Assembly (NCBI GenBank): GCA_963801355.1
Contig: CAWDEM010000004.1
Coordinates: 448,001 to 512,000 of the forward strand
Length of the DNA: 64,000 nucleotides
Direction of reading: 5' to 3'
From: Ignavibacteriota bacterium
GTDB taxonomy: Bacteria > Bacteroidota > Ignavibacteria > UBA10030 > UBA6906
Positions 31,542-41,264 of this stretch are shown in pieces (positions within the stretch are counted from its first letter, which is position 1; each line of letters starts with the position of its first letter). Both the position numbers and the translations under genes were made by a program. The notes beneath the pieces are model-generated. The model ran no database searches and had not been told where the DNA came from. It worked only from the letters and a program-made list of their open reading frames with translations.

Positions 31542-31994
31542 TCACCAGCTGGAATGGTAATAGTAGTCCCCGCGATCTTCGTCGTCAGGAACGGCCAAGA
31601 TCGCTTCCAGGTTCGTCTTGGTGCGCTCCAGATCTTCCCAATACCAGCTGTCCACCTCGGTGGAACCAAAGAGGAAACCTGGTTGCGGCGGCAACAGGTT
31701 CATGGCTGTTTCAGTGTCGTGAGCTTCGAGCACTTGCTTGACGGTGTCCAGCAGCGCTTGAAGCTGTTCACGGCCAACATAGTAGGTGCCGCAGTTGTCG
31801 AGACCAACCTGGACATTCGAGACAAACCACCGATGGATGGCATTGGCCTTGCGCCAGTAGATCGCCTCCTCTACGATTGATTTGACCTTCATCGGGTTGA
31901 CGCCAGCTATGTTGATTATTGGCGGTTGTGCATTTTCATTATAGGTGTGTTCGCCACAGTATACATGGCGATTCAAATACATGTCAAGTCCCAT
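31542..31994 (-). CDS. Conserved phage hypothetical protein
   Basis: MGLDMYL...YWRKANAIHRWF...GFLFGS...YYYHSSW, a pattern common in phage ORFs. Confidence 0.7.
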   Translation of the reverse strand: MGLDMYLNRHVYCGEHTYNENAQPPIINIAGVNPMKVKSIVEEAIYWRKANAIHRWFVSNVQVGLDNCGTYYVGREQLQALLDTVKQVLEAHDTETAMNLLPPQPGFLFGSTEVDSWYWEDLERTKTNLEAILAVPDDEDRGDYYYHSSW

Positions 31995-32203
31995 TACTGG
32001 AACTCCTTTCAACTAATGGATGGTTATTAATTGGAATTGTAGGACTATCGACAGGATTCGGACCTGCGCTATGCAAGTGTCTCGTACGCCACACCGCCCT
32101 TGGCAATCTTCCAGCTACGATGGTCTAAGGCTGTAGATTGGGCAGATCGAAGCGATCGTGAAGGGGATCAAGCAGACTCTGTACTGGGAAGCGGATGAGG
32201 GCA

Positions 32204-32497
32204 CTACGCTGCTTCTCGCTCCTGAGTATCAGTTGTCGTCGAAAGCTCGTGGCTCCAGGAGATGGGACGGACCACAAGCTCTCGGGCTGGCGGGCTGTAA
32301 TACACGCAGCAGCTGCCATTGATGATGACACCATCGTCGCACTTGTGCAAGATAGTGTTCACGCGGTCAGCCAGGGAATCGAGGGTTTCCTGGCACTCAT
32401 TGAGCATGGCCCGTATGGAGCCTATGCGTTCGAGGGTCTGGAAGTATTCGTACACGGCGTCTTTGTCACTCAACGCTTTCACTTCAATGGATGTCAT
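32204..32497 (-). CDS. Hypothetical protein
   Basis: AAGGAG RBS, MTSIEVKAL... Confidence 0.55.
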   Translation of the reverse strand: MTSIEVKALSDKDAVYEYFQTLERIGSIRAMLNECQETLDSLADRVNTILHKCDDGVIINGSCCVYYSPPARELVVRPISWSHELSTTTDTQEREAA

Positions 32498-32541
32498 TGT
32501 TATGCTCTCCTTTGACGGTAATCGTGGATGATGCGTCCACA

Positions 32542-32709
32542 TCAGTTGTCCACGGTTGTCTTGTACCGCTGACGAATCAGGTGACGGAGGATGTCGCTGA
32601 TACCCAAGTTGTTGGGTCGGCAGTTGTTGGCTTTACGCTCGGCTCGGGCGATGTGGCGCAGTTCTGCCGCGTCGTTGTCGTTCAGTCGGATGATGATTGG
32701 ATTTGTCAT
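32542..32709 (-). CDS. Small ribbon-helix-helix-like regulator
   Basis: IIIRLND...ELRHIA...ISDILRHLIR. Confidence 0.5.
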   Translation of the reverse strand: MTNPIIIRLNDNDAAELRHIARAERKANNCRPNNLGISDILRHLIRQRYKTTVDN

Positions 32710-32758
32710 AGTTGTCCTTTGAAGTCGCCAGTGGCGACGTCCCTCCTGGCTTCTTGGG

Positions 32759-32935
32759 TCACTGCAGTTTCTTTCTGAGGTTGCTGGCATTCCAGTGCGA
32801 AATGCCGAAGGTGATTTCTTCAGTGAAAATGCGCAGGGCGAGCTGGACATGGACGCCCTGCTGCATACCGATCATAAGTGTGATGCCGAACCAGGGGCGC
32901 AGGCCGATGGTCCAGGCTTTGGTGCGTGGTGTCAT
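32759..32935 (-). CDS. Small beta-rich hypothetical protein
   Basis: Positional and sequence homolog of 22817..22999; ATGA overlap with the Gam-like gene. Confidence 0.55.
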   Translation of the reverse strand: MTPRTKAWTIGLRPWFGITLMIGMQQGVHVQLALRIFTEEITFGISHWNASNLRKKLQ

Positions 32936-33447
32936 GACGGCTTCTTCATGACCAAGGTTTCTTTCGGCTTCACCGTCAGACCAGGCAAGGTCAAGTTGTG
33001 CTCTGCCAGGTACTTCTTGATGGCATCCCTGTCGGGCTTCGAGGCGAACCGCAGGAGTCCTGCACGGTTGGGATCGGGGACGTTGTTCTCGATCCATGTC
33101 AGGACGTCCGAATCCTTCGGCCAGACAGTCTCGGTCGTAGGGCGGATCGTGAATGTCCCCAGCGGTGTGGCACAGCTCTTGACATCCATCGTGTGCATGA
33201 TGTCGCTGATGGTCGCCTCGATCTGTTCCACGCGTTCCTCGATGGATGCGATGCGGTTGTCGTACCATTTCAGGTAGTCGGCCTTCTGGAGTTTGATGCG
33301 TTCGATCATCTCCAGCGCCTTCTGCCGCGCACCAGCCATCCGTGTGATGGTGAAATCCGTGGCTTCGTAGTTGACGGTCTGTCCTGCGAACGGATCGTCT
33401 TCAAACAACGGTTCGCGTACAGGCGCGTCAAACAGCGGGTCGGACAT
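32932..33447 (-). CDS. Mu Gam/Gp157-like protein
   Basis: Coiled coil, SCATPLGTFTIR, KPDRDAIKKYL; homolog of 22232..22798. Confidence 0.65.
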   Translation of the reverse strand: MSDPLFDAPVREPLFEDDPFAGQTVNYEATDFTITRMAGARQKALEMIERIKLQKADYLKWYDNRIASIEERVEQIEATISDIMHTMDVKSCATPLGTFTIRPTTETVWPKDSDVLTWIENNVPDPNRAGLLRFASKPDRDAIKKYLAEHNLTLPGLTVKPKETLVMKKPS

Positions 33448-33796
33448 TTTGGATCCTTTCGCAGAGTGAAATGATGTTGTTGATGAGTTCGTCAATGCAG
33501 AGCGCCGAGCAGTCCTGGGCCTTTTCGATCGCGGCCAGTGCTTCTTGCGCCTGCTGTATTTCCTCGTGTGTAATGTCGTCAACGATAGTTCCCGTGCTGG
33601 TTGCGGCATTGCAGGAATGCCATGCTGTATAATCGCCGTTAGCAAACGGTGGGAGAAATTTCCGTGCGAGATTCTTCCCCCACCAGATTGGCTGTCCACA
33701 CTTCTTGCAATGGGCTTGACCAAACGGAATCACCGAGATCTTCTTGCCGCCGATGTGGACGGACTGGATGTCGTGATGACCTGTTGATAGTGCCAT
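33428..33796 (-). CDS. Small Zn-finger phage protein
   Basis: CKKCGQPIWW...HSC. Confidence 0.55.
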   Translation of the reverse strand: MALSTGHHDIQSVHIGGKKISVIPFGQAHCKKCGQPIWWGKNLARKFLPPFANGDYTAWHSCNAATSTGTIVDDITHEEIQQAQEALAAIEKAQDCSALCIDELINNIISLCERIQNVRPAV

Positions 33797-33797
33797 A

Positions 33798-35552
33798 CTA
33801 TAGCCGCACCTCTTCCATGCGGAACGTGTTAGTGTCGTACATCATGGACAAACGGAACGGGGCTTCGTCACGTCCCTTGAGCGACGTAAGAGTGCGATAA
33901 GCAGTCATTCGTGACCCTTCGAAACCCAGTACAACATCACTACGCTGCTCGATAGTAGCAGGCCCAGAAGGACTATGCACGTCCAGAGTGCCCACACTTG
34001 AAGCCTTCTTGCTGATGTGTGACACGCCAAGAATGATGATGCCATATTGCACCGCCATGTTGTGGAGTTCAGTGGGAATGATCTTCATGCGCTCAAAGTC
34101 AGGCACGCCACGCACCTGGATGCAGTCGATGGTATCGACCACAAGGATGCGAGGCTGGTGCTGCGCGATCACCTGGCGGATCTGTTGCAGGTCGGGACTG
34201 GTGGTCATGACCTTGATGTGGGCCAGCTCTTCGGAGAGATGATTGTCGTTGTTCTTGTAGTAGGCGAACACCTGCTCCTTCGACATGCCGTGCGCGATCT
34301 GCACAAAGCGACGGTACATCAACAGATCAGAGTTCTCCAGCGACAAGAGGACAGACGGCATATCCTTCAGATGGACAAGCAGGTTCTGCACCCAGGCGGT
34401 CTTGCCCAGGCCAGTGTCGCCCATGAGCGTGATGTATTCACCTGGCATCAGACGGAACGATGTTGCCATGCCAGGGTAGATGTCTTTCAAGTCAATCACC
34501 TTGCCACTCCAATCCATGCGGCTGAAGACGGCCAGGCGTTTTTCCAGCTCGGCTGCATCCATGACTGCTGCCGCATAGTTCTTCTTGGCGTAGTGAATGC
34601 ACTTGGGGTCGCAGTAGTCCGCCAGCATCTTGGAACGGCAGCTGTACTTGCGGTCACGGTCGAACACATCGTTCACCGTGCGTTCCAGATCATACGGCTC
34701 CAGAGTAGGGAAACGGGGCGTGAGCGCAGCCAGGATGGCTTCCTTCGGGACACCTGCACGACGCCAGGCCGAGGCGATGGCCTGAGTTTTCTCATGACGG
34801 TGATCCAACGAACCGTCAGTGTACATGTTCTGCACGCAGCTCACGATGTTCGACATCTGGTCGGACTTCGCGATGGGCAGTCCTCTGACTGTCGTACGCG
34901 GTTCACTCGGCTGGATAATCAATTCGGGATTCTGCGGTAGGCTGTTGCGTGCAGGCTTCGGACAGTCCAGACGCTGCGTTGTGGCCAGCGCCTTCACCTG
35001 CTCTACGTTCAGACTGAACAGCTCGTCCATGGTCAGGGGGATCTTATACAACCCTGACTTCATGTTGATCGTGTGCGGAACGCGGATGATGCGTCCGCCA
35101 TCATAGATCTGATCGACGGTTGGGAAGTAGTGCGAGAGTGTCGTCTTGACGATGCGCGGCAAATCGGGACCAGGCGTAAAGCCAAAGAAATCAGGCACTT
35201 GCACATGGTAGCCACGTCCAGAGAAGTACACCCAGATGCCATCACCAGACACGAATTCTTTCTTCAGGCGATCGACGAATGCCTTCACCGTGTCGAGTGT
35301 CGCCTGGTCGGTGTTCGGTCCCTTGTCGATGTCGAAGATGATCGTGCTGATGTGGTAATCGCCACGGTACGTTCTGACCGACTTGAGCACCTTCATGTGC
35401 TCCAGGATCTCTGGGCCATACTGAAAATACGACCGATACAGCTCCTGCTTCCCGTCCTTGATGTACGAAGGCACCTGGGACGCGGGAACGATTATGCCGC
35501 GATTGCTGACGCTACCGACGGCAAGCTCGTGATACGTTTCGATACCTTCCAT
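33798..35552 (-). CDS. AEP primase-SF4 helicase fusion
   Basis: IIFDID, YFSGRGYH, RIIRVPHTIN; Cys cluster CRSK..YCDPKC; GDTGLGKT, VVDTID. Confidence 0.85.
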   Translation of the reverse strand: MEGIETYHELAVGSVSNRGIIVPASQVPSYIKDGKQELYRSYFQYGPEILEHMKVLKSVRTYRGDYHISTIIFDIDKGPNTDQATLDTVKAFVDRLKKEFVSGDGIWVYFSGRGYHVQVPDFFGFTPGPDLPRIVKTTLSHYFPTVDQIYDGGRIIRVPHTINMKSGLYKIPLTMDELFSLNVEQVKALATTQRLDCPKPARNSLPQNPELIIQPSEPRTTVRGLPIAKSDQMSNIVSCVQNMYTDGSLDHRHEKTQAIASAWRRAGVPKEAILAALTPRFPTLEPYDLERTVNDVFDRDRKYSCRSKMLADYCDPKCIHYAKKNYAAAVMDAAELEKRLAVFSRMDWSGKVIDLKDIYPGMATSFRLMPGEYITLMGDTGLGKTAWVQNLLVHLKDMPSVLLSLENSDLLMYRRFVQIAHGMSKEQVFAYYKNNDNHLSEELAHIKVMTTSPDLQQIRQVIAQHQPRILVVDTIDCIQVRGVPDFERMKIIPTELHNMAVQYGIIILGVSHISKKASSVGTLDVHSPSGPATIEQRSDVVLGFEGSRMTAYRTLTSLKGRDEAPFRLSMMYDTNTFRMEEVRL

Positions 35553-35788
35553 TGTCCTTCCTTCTTTCCTGGGACAGTCTCAATCGCCAGTGCAAACTTG
35601 CACAGGAGCTGCGGATCGCTCCGCAGCTGCCTGAACTGACGTGAGACTGTCGTGGGGTTGACCGTCTTACCTTCGCTGACTGCAATGAAGCGAGGGACAG
35701 ACAGCTCGATCTCATGGCTGCTTACGACGGTACCCTGTCGTTCGAGCAGCCAGGTGGCCAACAACTCCATCACCGACGCATGTCTCAT
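35492..35788 (-). CDS. Small winged-helix-like protein
   Basis: SSHEIE...PTTVSRQFRQLR...QWKV. Confidence 0.5.
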   Translation of the reverse strand: MRHASVMELLATWLLERQGTVVSSHEIELSVPRFIAVSEGKTVNPTTVSRQFRQLRSDPQLLCKFALAIETVPGKKEGQWKVSKRITSLPSVASAIAA

Positions 35789-35800
35789 AGATATGATTCC

Positions 35801-36373
35801 TTAGAACATGAGGCCGTCAGCGGCGGCTGCCACAGGGGCTGCCGTCGTGTAGGCATCAGGTGCATTGTCGAGGTCGGCCACATAGTCCTTTGGGTAGCCT
35901 TTGGCCCGTGACTTGGACCATTTCTCGATTGCGGTTTCCTTCGTGCCAGCTACCTGGTTGAAGTAGCCGAACTTCCCTTTGCCCGTCTGCGGATCCTTGC
36001 CGTAGCAGTAGCGGACGTAGAAGACCTTCTTGCCGAGCAGCGCACGCAGCACCGCATCGGGAATTGTCAGGTCGTCGCCGATCGGGCCGTCGTAGCCAGC
36101 GATCTCGATGAGGACATCGCGCACAGGGAATGCACCACCCCAGTCGCTGACTGCACCTTGTTCGTCACGCTTCAGCTGGCCGAACAACAGCAGCTCGGGC
36201 TGGAATGTGAGTCCCTGCGCATCCACAAACAGACGGATGCCGAACTCCACGGGGTTCTTGAATCCTTTGGGCGTTGTGCCCGTCAGGACGCCGACATCAG
36301 CGATCGTGGCTTCCTGGACATACACGTTCGGGGCGACCTGTTCGCCACCGTTATTTTGCTTGCATGACAGCAT
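35801..36373 (-). CDS. Putative phage ssDNA-binding protein
   Basis: Homolog of 20631..21234 (WGGAF vs WGSAF; IPD..L..L.GK); low-complexity linker and DGLMF tail. Confidence 0.5.
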   Translation of the reverse strand: MLSCKQNNGGEQVAPNVYVQEATIADVGVLTGTTPKGFKNPVEFGIRLFVDAQGLTFQPELLLFGQLKRDEQGAVSDWGGAFPVRDVLIEIAGYDGPIGDDLTIPDAVLRALLGKKVFYVRYCYGKDPQTGKGKFGYFNQVAGTKETAIEKWSKSRAKGYPKDYVADLDNAPDAYTTAAPVAAAADGLMF

Positions 36374-36599
36374 CGGTGTGGCCTTTTTGTTTGTTGTGGT
36401 TGATGATGAATTCTTCGATCATCGTGGCGAACTTATATTCGGTGTCCGCCTCGATGACAATGCGTCCCGTGCTGTTGAGCAGCCGAAACGCGCTTGGGGT
36501 GACGGCGAGCGTGTGGTCCTCGGGGATGAATGCGAGGGCTTGCTGCACGATCGTCAGTCCCCTGCGGGTGATGGATGAGAACGTCAGGGGCTTCGTCAT
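36351..36599 (-). CDS. Hypothetical protein
   Basis: Overlaps both neighbours in the operon. Confidence 0.5.
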   Translation of the reverse strand: MTKPLTFSSITRRGLTIVQQALAFIPEDHTLAVTPSAFRLLNSTGRIVIEADTEYKFATMIEEFIINHNKQKGHTDAVMQAK

Positions 36600-37276
36600 G
36601 CTGCCTTCGCCTGTGCTGGTAAGCCCAAGAATGAATACAACTTAGCGAGGAAGGCCGCTGTGTCATTCGGCATCTGAAGCACGTCTTCGCCAAGTACGTC
36701 GGGCGGACATTTGGCGGATGTGTCGGGCTTGCTCACCCAGAACACATGCTCGCCGCGTTTGCCAGAGACTGCTGGAGCGAGCTGGTCGGTGAACAGGACG
36801 ATCGTGAATTCCTTCTCGATCATACCTTCCCACTCCTTGCCACGGACCTTCAATCGTCGCTCGGGTGCGCCCTCGGTGTTCAGGATCTCATAGTGACCGA
36901 TGACGATGACTTCCTTCTTCACGCGCTTGATGAACTCCATCAGCGTGCCCACTTGTTCGTTGTAGGCTCGCCAGAGATCGAACCCCTTGTACTGCGCCGA
37001 CATCTCGCGGTACAGGATGTCGAGTGTCGCGGAGAGTGATTCGAGTACGACGACACCGATCTTGGCATCGCGGCTGAATGCAGCCAGGGCTTCGAGCACC
37101 TGCTGGAATTTCTCGGCGTGCACGGTGTTGGTGAAGCCGCCTTTGAAGGGCAGCGGTTTGGCTTCAGTGTCGATGAAGCCTGTGGTATCCCGTGGCAGGT
37201 TGCGCAGCGAGGTGGTCTTCCCACTTCCTGGCTTTCCTACAACAAGGATCTTGTAGAAGGGGCGTGGTTGTTCCAT
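36596..37276 (-). CDS. AAA_24/Sak4-like ATPase
   Basis: GKPGSGKT, FIDTEAKPLPF, IEKEFTIVL, SAKCP. Confidence 0.8.
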   Translation of the reverse strand: MEQPRPFYKILVVGKPGSGKTTSLRNLPRDTTGFIDTEAKPLPFKGGFTNTVHAEKFQQVLEALAAFSRDAKIGVVVLESLSATLDILYREMSAQYKGFDLWRAYNEQVGTLMEFIKRVKKEVIVIGHYEILNTEGAPERRLKVRGKEWEGMIEKEFTIVLFTDQLAPAVSGKRGEHVFWVSKPDTSAKCPPDVLGEDVLQMPNDTAAFLAKLYSFLGLPAQAKAA

Positions 37277-37514
37277 GCCAATACTCCCATGATTTATGGT
37301 TGGGTCTTGGGTGATTCACCAGGTGCAGAAATGCACCCAGGTAGTGTAACCGCAAGAAGGAACCTCATCACTTCGACACGTCTTGGCACGCCACGTCAAA
37401 GTGATAGCGGCAACGTCATCCAGCGCGTGCTGGAGTCGGCGTGTACAGCGGGAATGATGCGCGAACAATCTGTCGCGGATGCAGTTGCATCCCCGCAGTT
37501 CACCGTGAAGATGG
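37277..37514 (-). ncRNA. Highly structured ~240-nt leader or candidate ncRNA
   Basis: Several hairpins and multiway junctions between a promoter and the ATPase start. Confidence 0.45.
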
Positions 37515-37520
37515 GGGCCA

Positions 37521-37549
37521 AATCTAAGTCATCAGATCGCGTTTGTCAA
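37521..37549 (-). promoter_or_regulatory. Sigma70-like promoter for replication operon B
   Basis: TTGACA-17 bp-TAGATT on the minus strand. Confidence 0.65.
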
Positions 37550-37650
37550 GAGGTATGTAATCATTACAAGAACTATTGCCGAACTCTTAACGTGTTGATT
37601 TGTAAGACATTACAAGACTCTCAGGTGAACGGCGAGTGTGAATATTTTGC

Positions 37651-37679
37651 TTGACTTCGGCGCTTTGACGCCTTAGATT
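37651..37679 (+). promoter_or_regulatory. Divergent sigma70-like promoter
   Basis: TTGACT-17 bp-TAGATT. Confidence 0.5.
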
Positions 37680-38500
37680 TGCATCCCATCAAGCAGGATT
37701 GTTATGTACTACCTGCTTGAAAAAGTGTTAATGTGCACATGGGTGATATGACGAATTATCAGGGAGGGCTACTGTAATGCAGTTTACGCGAGAGTAAGAA
37801 TTGGGTGTGGTAGTACGATGATCGCCCGCCTCGTAATAGTTCTGCACATATCAAGGCGACGCGGGCTGTCAGCTGTCGGGATATCCTTTCCCCACCGAAA
37901 CGGCAGTTGGCTTGATAAGGGTACTGGCGCCGAGATCACCAGCTGGTTTGAGAAGGACGCAGGCTGCAGCCTGGATTGCTGTACCATTCATTCAGCAACT
38001 CAGGACTAATGGCTCGCTTTGTCGAGGACGTTCCGAAAAGTGATCATGTCGAAGTGACCAATGCGAGTGGAAGTGTCGTGGTATGCTGATGGTCAATTGG
38101 ATGCCGCCTGATCACAACCTACCGAATCCTCCAGGCGGAACACTGCAGTTTCGCATTCAGACTCTGCGAATGCGCTTACTCACGATACTCCAAAGTCGTG
38201 AACCTCCCACTGGTGACGAAGTTTCATCCAGCAAATCAGCTTCCACCACGCTTCCCCGCTATTACCTGCCATCAGACCTGCGGGACATGCAGTATGAGGC
38301 CTCCCCGAGCTTAGTGATGTCATGACGTAACGTGGGCATTGGTGAAGTTGGCTTTTTGCGAGCGCCTGCTTTCTGGCGCGAGCCCTTAATCTACCAGTGA
38401 CGACATTCGAATCATCGCTTTGTAGGATGTGCTCATCAGCTGTCGAGGCGAGCTTTCTGGAACGAGACGACTGTGGGAGAGGTAGATGCCCAGGCTTGCA

Positions 38501-39007
38501 CTACAGAAGCCCAAGTTCAGCGAGCGAGGCATAGCTTGAATCAGTGAAGATGATGTGGTCATGGAGAGGAATCCCCAGGATGCGGCCTGCGTCAGCCAAT
38601 TGCTTAGTGATTTGAACGTCGTCATTGCTGGGTTCCAATGTCCCACTCGGATGATTGTGAGCGACGATAACTGAGGCCCCCAGATTCTGAACTGCTGCAC
38701 GGAAGACCTCCCTTGGGTGCGATAGTGACGAATTCAGAATGCCTACCGTGATGAAGTCTATCACCTGCACGACATTCCTGCCATTGAGTGCGAACACCAC
38801 CATTTGTTCGTAGGGTAGCTCTGCAAACACCCAGCGAAATGACGTATACAGCTCCTCTGGACTGCGAATGGGTTCCCTTCTGAAATTGGGGGGTACTTCT
38901 TGCTCTTGCAGTTTCCAAACGACCTTACGAAGTTGAATGCGTGGATATGAGATGCGAATCATCGGTTCCATTCCTTGTTCAAGTGTCGGACGTTTCGAAA
39001 AATGCAC
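38501..39007 (-). CDS. RadC-like JAB-domain protein
   Basis: HPREVF, AHNHPSG...PS.DD, DHII. Confidence 0.9.
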   Translation of the reverse strand: MHFSKRPTLEQGMEPMIRISYPRIQLRKVVWKLQEQEVPPNFRREPIRSPEELYTSFRWVFAELPYEQMVVFALNGRNVVQVIDFITVGILNSSLSHPREVFRAAVQNLGASVIVAHNHPSGTLEPSNDDVQITKQLADAGRILGIPLHDHIIFTDSSYASLAELGLL

Positions 39008-39086
39008 CGCCGCACCTCATTGCTGAGGCACGACGATGCAATTGGCACCTTCCACGGAGCCGACGTCAAGCTCCGTAGTCGGGAGC

Positions 39087-39320
39087 TCAAAAGTCGTCTG
39101 CGTGGGCAGGCAGTAGGGCATTCCAGTAAATGTCGCTGAGTGCAGCCCACTCGTTTGCGACCATCGACAGTGCATCTTGTTCTGCATCGGCCTCCAGTTC
39201 TTCCTCTATGCGTGCGGGGTGATCGATGGCATACTGGCGCGCCTCCAGGAATCCCGTAAAGATGACAATGTCAGGCTGTGGTGATGCGATGGGGTTGCGG
39301 AAGACATGGTAGGTCATCAC
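39087..39320 (-). CDS. Hypothetical protein
   Basis: GGAGG RBS, 77-aa ORF. Confidence 0.5.
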   Translation of the reverse strand: MMTYHVFRNPIASPQPDIVIFTGFLEARQYAIDHPARIEEELEADAEQDALSMVANEWAALSDIYWNALLPAHADDF

Positions 39321-39520
39321 CGTGTCCTCCCATTGACATTCGCAGCAATGACCGTACTGTGGCTTGGACGTGATGTTTCCATGACGTTATCTCGTTGTTC
39401 GTGTGTCGGATGTTCTGAGGTGGAAAAAGAAGATGAACGCGAGGATGACTGCGGATGAGTCGCGGACTGCCAGAAAGGCTGCACGCCCGATAGTTCAGGC
39501 GCGCAGCGCGATTGTTGGTA

Positions 39521-39988
39521 CTATGCCTTGCAGGCGAATGCAGCCCATTCGTCGGCACTGACGCCGAGGTCTTCCGCAGTAGCTCGTTTGTTGCGGAACA
39601 GTCGGACGGCAAGCCACTGTCCATCAGATTCCAGACGGACGTCCATCCCGCCTGCCAGCTCAATACCCTGGGATACGAGCTTCGCGTGGATGAATTCGCC
39701 GAAGCGCTTCATCTGCTGACCAAGGATATGCGTGGTTACGTCACCCTTGTCGAGCGCCAGAGCGGCCAGCTGCTTAACGTCGGCAACGTCGAGCTTGGCT
39801 GTCGCGACGCGAAGTGTGCATCGGATGAACTCATACTTCCCGTCATGCTTTGCCTTTTGGACATCCGTTTCGCGATAGCCATCCTCACGTACGGCACGAC
39901 CTTTGGCGTCGGTGGTGGTGGTGGGGAAGGATTCGAAGCGGACTGAGACGTCTGACGGCATGAACAACGGTGCATTTGAAGTGGCCAT
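39521..39988 (-). CDS. Hypothetical protein, first gene of module B
   Basis: AGGAG RBS, MATSNAPLF... Confidence 0.6.
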   Translation of the reverse strand: MATSNAPLFMPSDVSVRFESFPTTTTDAKGRAVREDGYRETDVQKAKHDGKYEFIRCTLRVATAKLDVADVKQLAALALDKGDVTTHILGQQMKRFGEFIHAKLVSQGIELAGGMDVRLESDGQWLAVRLFRNKRATAEDLGVSADEWAAFACKA

Positions 39989-40524
39989 GGTTGTGGCTCC
40001 TGTGGTAGTGGAAGATGATTGGTGAGAACGAGGTTGGACAAACCTGCGAACGGCGTTTCGCCTGCGTCCCCAAAACAACGGGGGAGTAGGTCTGTGATGG
40101 ACTTCGCGCTCCCACTACGAGACAAAAATCTGGCGTTACTGCTCGGCAAGCCGACATATGCTCACATGGGATGGAGTTTTCTTACGGGCAGGCGACATTT
40201 GCTCCCTGCAGCCGTGCAAAGCCCCTACGACGTTGGAAATATGTTGTACTGCTCTGGTGCAGAGCATGGGATTTACATAGATGTACGAGGGCACTCCATC
40301 ACACAGCCGCCAGCTCAGGTCGCTGAAGCATCTGCCGAGATGCCTTCTGATCAGGAGTAGCAGTTAGTCGGGATCAAGTCGCCACTCATGGTCACGCTGA
40401 GGGAAATGATGAATGGCGAGTGGGACTATGTCGCTGAGGGGTTGCAGGAGAATCTGGATGTGGAGCTGGGGGAACTCGTCTACGGTCCAAACACTTCCTG
40501 GACAACACAGATCAGACTTAGAAC

Positions 40525-41238
40525 CTACGAGTTAGGCAAATTCGAAACCGTCTTTTTGCGTGGCCTGGATGGATTCAAATGTCGGCAGTGCCACGTACCA
40601 ACAAAATACAGGAAGCAGAGAGGGAAGAGGTAATACACCTTCTGTTCCGCATCGGGGTACGTCATGAGCTTGATCTTCCGCATGAAGCTCTCATCTTCAG
40701 CAGCTTTGAGTTTGGGTATGAGTGCTTGTGTGTCGAGGCTGCTCCAGCTGAGGTTGTTTGGCTGAGAATTGTAGAGTGTGTAGGCAGCCTCTTCCGAAAC
40801 AGAGTTCGCTTCGATTGTCCTCTGAATGACGTCTTTGAAATGAACATCCATTGCGTACATCGCGATAATGAGAACAATAGCTATGCATGCCACCTTCGTT
40901 CTTGCCTTGGCACTCCGATTAGCGAGAAGTGCGGCTGCTCCAGCCAGGATTGCACAGTAAGATAGTCTTGCCTGAGTCTTTGATTGTTCACGGGTCGCAG
41001 CGGCAGCGGTAATGGTGGAGATCTGCCTCTCAAGCACATCGACGAGAGATTGGTTATGCATCCGAACCATCTCTGGTGTTGCGATGACTGAGTCATTGGT
41101 GTTGACCAGCACTACGTCGAAGCAAACGGTCTGCTCAACTGGAAGAGAACGTGCCACCACAACAAAAGCAAGTGTTAGGCCAAATGCAGCAAAATCTTGC
41201 CAGACAACCCTCCTCCATAATTTCTGAATTCGCTTCAT
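40525..41238 (-). CDS. Multi-pass membrane hypothetical protein downstream of hsdS
   Basis: Four hydrophobic segments. Confidence 0.6.
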   Translation of the reverse strand: MKRIQKLWRRVVWQDFAAFGLTLAFVVVARSLPVEQTVCFDVVLVNTNDSVIATPEMVRMHNQSLVDVLERQISTITAAAATREQSKTQARLSYCAILAGAAALLANRSAKARTKVACIAIVLIIAMYAMDVHFKDVIQRTIEANSVSEEAAYTLYNSQPNNLSWSSLDTQALIPKLKAAEDESFMRKIKLMTYPDAEQKVYYLFPLCFLYFVGTWHCRHLNPSRPRKKTVSNLPNS

Positions 41239-41264
41239 GGTTCTCTTTTGCAGCAGGGTGAGTG

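Larger units (their letters stand above)
31542..40000 (-). mobile_element. Phage-like replication module B (no structural genes)
   Basis: AAA_24-like ATPase, SSB-like, wHTH, AEP primase-helicase, Gam-like, small ORFs and RadC. Confidence 0.75.

Noticed and set aside
15100-40000. One intact prophage spanning both replication modules
   Set aside because: The modules are opposite-facing paralogs separated by an att core and host-type cargo; no terminase, portal, capsid, tail or lysis genes were found.
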